A stretch of 52,031 nt of DNA from Syntrophomonadaceae bacterium (GTDB taxonomy: Bacteria > Bacillota > Dethiobacteria > DTU022 > UBA8154). The stretch's first letter is position 1; the number at the start of each line of letters is the position of its first letter. The stretch spans positions 1 to 52,031 of the forward strand of contig SLRC01000059.1 in NCBI GenBank assembly GCA_007131175.1. Reading direction: 5' to 3'. Below the pieces are notes generated by a model that made no database searches, was not told the DNA's origin, and saw only the letters and a program-made list of their open reading frames with translations. Positions 1 to 7,838 of the stretch are shown in pieces. The position numbers and the translations under genes were made by a program.

Positions 1-95
1 AGTCTGGACACGCCAGCTAAGTCCGCAGCTCCGTAGCCTCACCACTGGCAGACAAAACCAAGTATATTTGGTTTAAACTTAAGCCCTGCACTCAT
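1..95 (-). CDS. bamF: MvhD-like Fe-S protein (BamF-type), 5' portion only; in-frame UGA (Sec) at 39..41; runs off the window
   Basis: Not in the ORF track. ATG at 95..93 lies 5 nt after AAGGAGGTGG (revcomp of 101..110). My translation is MSAGLKFKPNILGFVCQW-TGA-GYGAADLAGVSR. This matches the MvhD N-terminal motif (IVGFxCNWCxYxGADxAG), with TGA at the second Cys. Confidence 0.7.
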
Positions 96-127
96 GCGTC
101 CCACCTCCTTCGTTTGGTTATTCCAAC

Positions 128-3100
128 TTAGACAACCGATTTAACTTGTTCTATAGTCTTTGATTCTGGAACCGCCGCATCGATTTGGCTAATCAGCTCT
201 TCATCGGTAAAATGTTTAAGCTGTATAGCGCCTGTGGGACATTTTGCGTTACAGAGACCATCTCCCTTACAAAGAACAGGATTTACGAGCGCCTTTCTGC
301 CCTGCTGAGTCTCATGAAACTCTATGGCATCATACGTGCAAGCAGCTATGCAGGCTCCACATGAAACACATTTATCCTCATCCACCTCACATATAGAACC
401 AGAGGCAGTCACAATATCATTCGATAAAAGTGTTAATACACGTCCGGCAGCTCCATAAGCCTGGCTCACTGTTTCTTTAATCAATTTTGGATAATGGGCG
501 ATCCCACAAAGATAAACGCCCTCGGCAGCGAACTCAACAGGCCTTAACTTGGCATGGGCTTCTTTAAAGAAACCATCCGGATTTAAACCCACCTTGAATA
601 AGTTTTCCACTGCTCTGGTTTCCGCAGAAGGGATAACGGCGGCAGCCAATGCGATAATATCCGTATCAATTTCAAGCTTTTTATCTAAAACATAATCGGG
701 CAGTGTAACCCTAAGCACACTCTTGCCTTCTTCATTTTCCGCTGGTTCCACTTCAGGTTTTTCATCCTGTTCATAACGGACAAACTTCACATCTTTTTCC
801 GCTGCTTTCCGGTAATAATCTTCGTAAAATCCATACGTTCTTATATCCCGGAAAAGAATGTAGATATCCAGTTTTGGATTGTTCTCCTTTAACTTGAGTG
901 CATTCTTCACAGACTCACTGCAGCAGATGCGACTGCAGTAATTTCGGTCTTCGTTTCTGCAACCCACACATTGGATCATGACGACACTGTCTGCATTCGT
1001 TATCATCTCGTCGCCTGCTGCCATCCGCTCTTCCAACTCAAGATGCGTCATGACCCTGTCATCTTCTCCGTAAAGGTATTCAGTGGGTGTATATACATCA
1101 GCGCCTACAGCGATTACAGTTGCCCCATGTTTAAGCTCCGAAACACCTTTTTCCGATTTAACACTGGTTATGAAATTTCCGATGTAACCTGCTGCTTCTG
1201 TAACGGTAGCTTCTGTATATACATGTACCTGGGGATGCTGATACACTTTTTTAATAAGATCACTCAAATATGCCTGAACGTCCAAACCTTCCATGGTATG
1301 ATGAATCTTGCGAGCTGTGCCTCCCAAATAAGTTTCCTTTTCCAGTAAGTGAACTTCATGCCCCTGTGCGGCAATGGAGAGGGCAGAAGTCATGCCGGCA
1401 ATCCCTCCACCGACCACTAACGCCGCTTTGTTTACCGGCAAATCAATCTCCATGAGAGGCTCCAAATGGAAGACCCTGGCTACGGACATCCTGATAATAT
1501 CCTTTGCCTTCTCAAGAGCTGCCTCCTTTTCCTTGGGGTGAACCCAGGAACAGTGCTCCCTGATATTTGCCATTTCATAGTAATATTGATTCAGTCCAGC
1601 CTCCCGCAGGGTATCCCGGAATAAAGGCTCAAGTGTCCGGGGGGAACAGGCCGCAACAATTACACGATTCAAGCCTTCTTCTTTGATCTTCTCTGTGATT
1701 TCTTCCGCGGAATTAGTGGCACATGAAAAAAGTTGTTCCTGTGCATAAACGACATTGGGCAGGGTCTTACAATATTCAACTGTTTCGGGAACATCTACAA
1801 TCCTTCCGATGTTAGCCCCGCAATGGCAAACGAAAACCCCTATCCTGGGTTCCTCACCTGCTACATCTTTTTCCGGTGGATATTCCCGTTCCCTGGAGAG
1901 ATCCCCTCTCCTGTAGGTGAGAAGTTCACCACACTGGGAGCCTGCGCCGCTGGCGGTCACAACCGACTCTGGAATATCTAACGGACCCTGGAAAGCGCCA
2001 CTGATAAAGAATCCACTACGTGATGTCTCCATGGGGTTAAAAGGATTGGTTTTGCAAAATCCGTGATCATTAAGCTCAATATTGAACTTCGCTGCCAGAT
2101 CATTAAATTCGGCAGGCGGGTTTAATCCTACGGACAATACCACCAGCTCAAATTCCTCTTCTTTTACGCCATCCTCGTTAGTAGCATAACGTATAGTTAC
2201 ATTCTTAGTTTCCGGATCCTCTTTCACTATTGTTACATAACTTCTTATAAATTGAACCCCGGGAAGGTTCTCCGCCCTTTCGTAAAATCGCTCAAAATCC
2301 TTCCCAAAAGAGCGAATATCATTATGAAACACAGTACATTCAGCTTCCGCGTTATGATCTTTCGTCAATATTACCTGCTTTTGGGTGTAGGTACAACATA
2401 CTGCTGAACAATAACTGTTTCCACCGTCCGGAGGGTTAACCAGCCTGGAACCGACGCATTGAATCCAGGCAATCTTATTCGGATGTTTTAGGTCAGAAGC
2501 GCGCAGAATGTCGCCTTCATATGGCCCGGTAGCACACAATATCCGCTCATAGTCCATACTTGTTACCACGTTCTCAAACTCTCCGTAACGATATTCCTTC
2601 CTTACACTGGGATCAAACGGTTCAAAACCGGGAGCCAATACAACTGCCCCCACTTTTATTTGAACCTTCTCGTTAGTTTGATCAAAATCAATAGCGTCAT
2701 TTTTACATACTGCTTCACAGATACAACATTTCTTCTCTTTTAGATAAAGGCAACTATCATCAATATAGGTAATAAGGGGATTAGCCTGTGAGTAGTAGAT
2801 GTGAATAGCTTTACTTTGCGATATTTCCTGGTTAAACGGATCAGGGAATTTCACCGGGCAGTATTCAACACAGACAGTACAGCCGGTGCATTTGCTCTCA
2901 TCAATATACCTGGGTTTTCTATTCAGCGTTACCTTAAAATTACCTGCCTGGCCTTCTACACTGTCAACTTCAGTATAAGAAAGGACCTCTATATTGGTAT
3001 GCCGGTCGACCTCGACCAGTTTGGGTGAAAGTATTCACATGGAGCAATCATTAGTGGGGAAGGTTTTGTCAAGTTGGGCCATGTGACCGCCAATCGATGG

Positions 3101-3259
3101 TCCATCATCCACAAGGTAAACCTTAAACCCGGCAGCAGCAAGATCTAACGATGCCTGAATGCCGCTGATTCCACCTCCCACAATCATAACGTCTCCAAAG
3201 TTACTTTCTGAAAGGCTTTTAACAAGCTGTCCTTCATTCTTTTCCAATTCTTTTACCAC
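128..3259 (-). CDS. bamE: Large tandem HdrA-like FAD/Fe-S oxidoreductase (BamE-type), selenoprotein; 1043 codons with Sec at codon 75
   Basis: ORFs 3035..3259 and 128..2854 are in the same frame. I translated 2855..3034 and found no stop. The junction reads [23 protein letters not shown], where HdrA proteins carry a Cys. There are two GGGxxG dinucleotide folds (VGGGISG, VGGGIAG) and C-terminal 2x CxxCxxCxxxCP motifs. GTG start at 3259 follows GAGGTGA. Confidence 0.8.
3002..3037 (-). other. UGA-Sec recoding site plus candidate SECIS hairpin
   Basis: TGA at 3037..3035. Fifteen nt downstream is CUGGUCG-AGGU-CGACCGG (3019..3002): a 7-bp stem with one G.U pair and a 4-nt loop containing GU. Spacing fits bacterial SECIS expectations. 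Confidence 0.5.
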
Positions 3260-3280
3260 TTTCAGTCACCTCGTCAGGTT

Positions 3281-4435
3281 TTATGTGATCACATCCTGGA
3301 TAATCTCGGTGATGTCTTTAACCTGTATTTTTTCCTCATAACCTAAGCCCGATCTGCTTTCTTCAAGAGCATCCACGCAATAAGGGCAAGAAGTTACCAG
3401 CACTTCGGCACCCAGCCCAATGGCTTCTTCTACCCTGAGATTGGAAAACCGCTCAGACATTTCGGTATCAATCCAGATCCTGCCGCCTCCCATACCACAA
3501 CAGAGACTGTTCTCCCGGGAATCAGTCATCTCCGTTAGTTCCAGTCCGGGTACCTTCTTTAAAACATCCCGCGGTTCTTCATAAATGCCATTATGCCGGC
3601 CCATGTAGCATGGATCATGATACGCAACTTTCTTCGCATATTCTTTGCTGATTTTAATCCTGCCCTCATTAATAAGCTGTTGCAGATACTCGGAGATGTG
3701 GACCACCTCAAAGTTCACCTTAAATTCAGGGTACTCATTTTTAAATGTGTGGTAACAATGGGGTGAAGAGACAAGGATTTTTGTAACACCGTTTTCGATG
3801 AAAGTTTTGATGTTTTCCCTGGCCAGGTTTTTAAATGTTCCTTCATTGCCAGTTTTACGGATGCTTTCCCCACAACAATTCTCCTTTGTACCCAGAATCC
3901 CAAATTCAACTTCTGCTTTATTCAGGATACGGGCTGTTGCCTGAGCAAGTTCCTTTAATCTTTGATCATAGCTAACATAACAACAGGGAAAATATAAAAT
4001 TTCCATATCTTCAGTGAATGTTTTTACATTAAGCCCCTCTGTCCAATCAGCCCGCTTTGCCCGATCTGCAACTAAAGGATTCCCTTCTGCAGCAAGGCTT
4101 GCAACTGCGGAGCGAACAGGCTTAAGTAAGGCAGGTGAAACACCATAGTCTGTAGCGAGCCTGCGCAAGGCAACCACGTCATCTATCTGTTTGACATCGC
4201 GGGGGCACTCCTGTGGGCATTTTCCGCAGGTAGTACACCGCCAGGTTTCTTCAAGATCTATCTCCGGGATGCCAAATGTTGCCTCCCGGATTAGCTTGCG
4301 TATGCTAAAATTTGTGACCCTGTTCCAGGGACATACGGTATCACATTTTCCACATTGATAACAATATTTAACAGCATCTCCACCAAATTCTTTTATTTCC
4401 TCTATTACCTCTCTAATCGGGGCTTCAGTCTCCAC
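3281..4435 (-). CDS. bamD: HdrD-like Fe-S protein with 2x[4Fe-4S] motifs and two CCG domains (BamD-type)
   Basis: N-terminal CxxCxxCxxxCP appears twice (CYQCGKCDTVCP, CTTCGKCPQECP). CCG-type motifs are present (FPCCY..., CCGES, PCYMG, LCCGMGGG). GTG start. Confidence 0.75.
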   Translation of the reverse strand: METEAPIREVIEEIKEFGGDAVKYCYQCGKCDTVCPWNRVTNFSIRKLIREATFGIPEIDLEETWRCTTCGKCPQECPRDVKQIDDVVALRRLATDYGVSPALLKPVRSAVASLAAEGNPLVADRAKRADWTEGLNVKTFTEDMEILYFPCCYVSYDQRLKELAQATARILNKAEVEFGILGTKENCCGESIRKTGNEGTFKNLARENIKTFIENGVTKILVSSPHCYHTFKNEYPEFKVNFEVVHISEYLQQLINEGRIKISKEYAKKVAYHDPCYMGRHNGIYEEPRDVLKKVPGLELTEMTDSRENSLCCGMGGGRIWIDTEMSERFSNLRVEEAIGLGAEVLVTSCPYCVDALEESRSGLGYEEKIQVKDITEIIQDVIT

Positions 4436-4465
4436 GACTTTTCATCCCTTCTTTCATCTTAACGT

Positions 4466-4996
4466 TTATTCTTTCTTTGACATTCGGGCAATGGTATCTA
4501 CCAAATTATCCAATCCGTATTTATCTGCCAATGCTTTCAAGCCTGTCTCGATCTCTTCCTGCACCACTTCTTCTTCCATATCCTCTTCCCTTTCTTCATA
4601 CACTAAAGCATCGTTGATACACCATTTAACGCATAGGGGTTCATCCTCGTCTTCACACATATCACATTTCAGCGGCAGACCGGAGTCGGGCTCCTTGAAC
4701 GCATCCCTGGATGGACAAGATGCCCTGCAAAAGGCACACTCATCATATTCCTTTCCGTCAATCAAATATTTATCTCTACCCATACATTCGGCTGCAGTAT
4801 ACTCGCCGGCATATACAGGCAGGTATACATCCTGCAAAGGCTTACGGATCATACGAATACGAGACCGTGCCGGATTGTTGCTGCTGTACCTTGGTGTAGC
4901 GTGATATGCGGAGCAAATCATTTCGCAAGCCCGGCAACCGTTACACTTGTCAAGGTCGATCTTAATTGTCTTAACTTTCTTCTTCTCGTTGCTCAT
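4466..4996 (-). CDS. bamC: Poly-[4Fe-4S] ferredoxin-like electron-transfer subunit (BamC-type)
   Basis: Contains CNGCRACEMIC and further Cys clusters. ATG at 4996 follows GAGGGA by 9 nt. Its start overlaps the 3' end of bamB by 26 nt. Confidence 0.7.
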   Translation of the reverse strand: MSNEKKKVKTIKIDLDKCNGCRACEMICSAYHATPRYSSNNPARSRIRMIRKPLQDVYLPVYAGEYTAAECMGRDKYLIDGKEYDECAFCRASCPSRDAFKEPDSGLPLKCDMCEDEDEPLCVKWCINDALVYEEREEDMEEEVVQEEIETGLKALADKYGLDNLVDTIARMSKKE

Positions 4997-6950
4997 CTTT
5001 TAAAATCCCTCGCTTTTCTAAGTCTTCGCTAATGTAAGCCATATTCAAATCATGTAAAGACTCTTTAGTAGGAATCCCGTCTTTATTGAACCCCTTAAGT
5101 TCGTAATACGCATCTAAAAGCTGAGCTTCAAGCTCAGGGAATCTCTTCTTCCAATGGTTATCCGGGGGTCTGTCGTCCTCTCTCCTTAAACCAAGCCTTA
5201 CATTAATAGCTCTAACCAGGGTGCGATTCCGTTTGGCTATTTCCCAGAGTTCATCCTTATCAAGCTCCATGCCCGTTGCTGCGGAAATTAAAATAGGTAA
5301 ATTGTGGATATGATAGGGAGGCTTTAAGGGGAATGATGACAAGCCGGCACACATCCCCAGCGCATCATCAATGTAGTGCATCGTCTCCTGCCAGTCAACA
5401 ATATCGCAAGTGGCATCAACTGGCGGGTAATATGGAAACGCATTTTCTCCCCGCAGTTCCCAGTTTACAAAGTAGTCCTTAAACTTTTCATGGGGAACAT
5501 GGGGCCAATCCCTGACAAATTCTTCTCTCTCCTCCCGGGTAGGGAAGGGTGCTTGGGGGAAATTTCCTTCAATCTGGGTAATGTTTATCTTTTCACCAGT
5601 AGCCCACATGAGGAAATAAATGGGGTTTAGCATGGAAAGCTTGAGGGGTAACTGTTCATGTTTTTTAATGGTGTTATGATCGTATTCTTCCGCTCCGTTA
5701 CCAATTTTACGGGCAGCCCAATAAACACCGTCAGCCAAGACATCGCCAATCCCTTCGCGACGCACGATACGGTCGAGTAACCAGTAAAATCTTCCCTCGT
5801 TATCGGATGGCATGCCCGGAAAATCTTCTTCAGTCAGAATCCCCGCTTCCAAAAGTTCAAGGGCAAAAGCCATTACCTGTGGTGTTGAAAATCCATCTAC
5901 CCCATACTCGGTGGCACGTTGGGCGATTTTAAACCCAAATTCCAGGTCTGAATAAGCTGCCATGGTATAAGTAAGTTTGGAAAAACATTTCATCATATAT
6001 GTTGATATTCCAGGAACGGATATAATAGCTCCGCATTTCATAGGACAGTTATAGCAACTGATTAAGCGTGTTCTTACGCTTTCCTGTGTTTCCTTCCAAT
6101 TCTCTTCCACATCCTTGGTCCAATAATCCTTAATACGCGTCCGGGCGTTCCCCCACATGAAATTTTCTGTATGCCACTTTTCATCATGAATTAACATTTC
6201 TTTTGGTGATCCTAAACCTGCTAAAATGGGCATAACACCCGGCACTGGATTGCTGTCCCGTTCCGGTATATATTGGAGTACTTCATGGCAGAATTCCAAA
6301 AATTCTTCCGGCTTGGCTATATTGATGTCCTTTGTTCCGCGTACAGCAATAGCTTTTAAACCTTTATCTCCCATTACCGCACCTATACCAAGCCGACTGG
6401 CACTGGATCTGGCGTGCTCAATAGAGGCCATAAAAACCCTGTTTTCGCCAGCCAGGCCTATAGCAGCAACCTGGACGTTCGGATCACCCAACTCCTGTGC
6501 AATAAGCTCCGCAGTTTCAACTGCACCTTTCCCCTGTAAATGGGAGGCATCACGTAATTCTACTTTGTCATTATTTATCCACGCATAAACCAACTTGGGA
6601 GATTTGCCGCGAAAGATCACCTTGTCATAACCGGCATATTTTATTTCCGGAGCAAGAAATCCCCCCATCATTGAAAATGCCATGTACCGGGTCTGAGGGG
6701 AAATGGTTGAAACGATGGTCCGGTTTGCACCGGGGGCAGGTGTGCCGCACAATAAACCGGCAGCGAATATGAGCAGATTATCGGGGGAAAAGGGCTCAAC
6801 TTCAGGAGGAACCCTATCCCATAATAATTTTGCATTGGTGCCCAATCCTCCCAAATAAAGTTCCGTTAATTCGGGATCCGTTTCCACCCGCTCGATGTTG
6901 CCGGTCGATAAATCGATTTCTAAATTATAACCTGTTTCTGCGTACCTCAT
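4971..6950 (-). CDS. bamB: Tungsten aldehyde:ferredoxin oxidoreductase-family protein, BamB-type active-site subunit of class II benzoyl-CoA reductase
   Basis: 659 aa. AOR-family N-terminus (MRYAETGY...GGLGTNAKLLWD) and Fe-S motif CYNCPMKCG. Gene order B-C-D-E-F, subunit sizes and Sec usage match the Geobacter metallireducens bam cluster as I recall it. Confidence 0.75.
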   Translation of the reverse strand: MRYAETGYNLEIDLSTGNIERVETDPELTELYLGGLGTNAKLLWDRVPPEVEPFSPDNLLIFAAGLLCGTPAPGANRTIVSTISPQTRYMAFSMMGGFLAPEIKYAGYDKVIFRGKSPKLVYAWINNDKVELRDASHLQGKGAVETAELIAQELGDPNVQVAAIGLAGENRVFMASIEHARSSASRLGIGAVMGDKGLKAIAVRGTKDINIAKPEEFLEFCHEVLQYIPERDSNPVPGVMPILAGLGSPKEMLIHDEKWHTENFMWGNARTRIKDYWTKDVEENWKETQESVRTRLISCYNCPMKCGAIISVPGISTYMMKCFSKLTYTMAAYSDLEFGFKIAQRATEYGVDGFSTPQVMAFALELLEAGILTEEDFPGMPSDNEGRFYWLLDRIVRREGIGDVLADGVYWAARKIGNGAEEYDHNTIKKHEQLPLKLSMLNPIYFLMWATGEKINITQIEGNFPQAPFPTREEREEFVRDWPHVPHEKFKDYFVNWELRGENAFPYYPPVDATCDIVDWQETMHYIDDALGMCAGLSSFPLKPPYHIHNLPILISAATGMELDKDELWEIAKRNRTLVRAINVRLGLRREDDRPPDNHWKKRFPELEAQLLDAYYELKGFNKDGIPTKESLHDLNMAYISEDLEKRGILKDEQREEES

Positions 6951-6966
6951 TTTTCAACACCTCTAC

Positions 6967-7053
6967 TTATGTTTTTACTAAAAAAAGATATTCGAAAAAC
7001 CAAATAACAGCTCCGTTACCTAGCTGGACCATTGTTATGCTTGTTTTTTCCAT
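6967..7053 (-). CDS. Candidate 28-codon upstream sORF (MEKTSITMVQLGNGAVIWFFEYLFLVKT)
   Basis: ATG at 7053 lies 5 nt after GAGAGGG. The stop TAA abuts the bamB RBS (TAAGTAGAGGTG) and ends 16 nt before the bamB ATG. It is too short for the ORF track and I see no homology. Confidence 0.2.
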   Translation of the reverse strand: MEKTSITMVQLGNGAVIWFFEYLFLVKT

Positions 7054-7468
7054 ACCAACCCTCTCATCACCTGCCACTCCTAACTATCTTTACTTTACAA
7101 GATTTATAATTAAAATAAAATCGCTAAAAAGCATGGAAGGCAGAGGGAAAAGAGTTAAATAAGGATTAACCCTTTAGGGTGATATGGCGAAATATTGCAA
7201 TAATTAAGGTAACTGCTCATCAGTCAGGAGTCAGCACACAGTAGTCAGAATAAAGGATTAAAAATTGAGCTTAATCGTTTTAAATGGATCCTGTTCGTGA
7301 TCGACGAGCTAGCCAAGTTGCATTGAACTATCCGGCTGTGTCTGTGTAATTACGAGTCTTGGACGCGGCAATCCTGAACCTGTATATTGCACCTGGCTCA
7401 AGCCTGTGCTTGGATTGATTCCGGATAAGGACTCCTGCCCATAAATAAATGTCTGAGCAATGTCGCTT

Positions 7469-7485
7469 CGCATGCACGGTGCCCG
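7469..7485 (-). promoter_or_regulatory. Weak candidate sigma-54 (-24/-12) promoter facing bamB
   Basis: Minus strand reads gGGCAC-cgtgc-aTGC. GG and GC sit at canonical spacing compared with TGGCAC-N5-TTGC. It lies about 520 nt upstream of the bamB ATG. Confidence 0.2.
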
Positions 7486-7616
7486 ATCTAGGCTGTCAGG
7501 CAAAATCAGAGGTCAGAAGTCAGGAACCAGTGAGCCTGGAAATAACATGATTACTGATAGCTCGATTCTTCCTGTTCACTGGCATACTGACATCCGACTT
7601 CTATACAGAATACCCC

Positions 7617-7696
7617 TAAAGTTCAGCCCTGCGCCGCTCAGCTTGCTGTTGCATTTTCATCCTTCTGATGGTGCCGGCAACGCAGGGGCCGTCGTG
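7617..7696 (-). repeat. 80-nt dispersed repeat, copy 1 (75/80 identical to 27751..27830, same orientation)
   Basis: Hand alignment shows the last 44 nt identical. The 5 differences are all transitions. Internal complementarity: CCCUGCGUUGC ... GCGG(C/U)GCAGGG. Confidence 0.85.
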
Positions 7697-7838
7697 AGGT
7701 TCTGAATTCTGAATGCCTAAGTTGTTACTAATTAAGATTAATAAATATGGGGTTCTGTAGACCGGGAATTGTATGGCTGAATATGTAAGATAACATAATC
7801 TGGGAGGGCAATTGTGGAAAAAGGTGGCAGATGATTAT

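Larger units (their letters stand above)
7285..7705 (-). ncRNA. Candidate structured non-coding RNA or long structured leader (class unknown)
   Basis: No credible ORF in any frame. The block is G+C-enriched relative to its flanks (30/60 G+C in 7321-7380 versus 21/60 in 7741-7800). Nested complementary segments are visible on the minus strand: TATCCGG...CCGGATA enclosing CAATCC...GGATTG enclosing AAGC...GCTT. Strand assignment is tentative. Confidence 0.3.

Noticed and set aside
4971-4996. The 26-nt overlap between bamB and bamC as a frameshift or fusion
   Set aside because: bamC has its own ATG with a properly spaced GAGGGA SD inside the bamB 3' end. Overlapping coupled cistrons explain this without recoding.
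6951-7160. Moco/Tuco (molybdenum/tungsten cofactor) riboswitch upstream of the tungstoenzyme gene bamB
   Set aside because: It is an attractive idea by context. However, I cannot find the conserved core I associate with the motif, and the segment is AT-rich with little helix potential. Only a cmsearch with RF01055 could settle it.
7521-7582. H-type pseudoknot formed by CAGGAA/TTCCTG and CCAGTGA/TCACTGG
   Set aside because: The connecting loops would be 0-1 nt, which is sterically implausible for 6-7 bp stems. I kept it only as alternative helices or DNA half-sites.
7640-7690. Mini-ORF inside the repeat (MKMQQQAERRRAEL in copy 1, MKMQQ in copy 2)
   Set aside because: The length is not conserved between copies and the SD spacing is essentially zero (AGAAGG directly abutting ATG). 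Conservation is at the nucleotide level.
7285-7705. Known housekeeping RNAs (tmRNA, RNase P RNA, SRP/4.5S RNA, 6S RNA, cobalamin/TPP/glycine riboswitches, group II intron)
   Set aside because: The signature strings are absent on both strands. These include GGAAAGUCC / ACAGAA for RNase P, GUCCGGAAGGAAGCAGC for SRP, a tRNA-like CCA 3' end plus tag ORF for tmRNA, the B12 box, CUGAGA for TPP, and a GUGYG 5' end plus domain V for a group II intron. Partial resemblances (GGACGCGG, GCCAGUG) do not extend.
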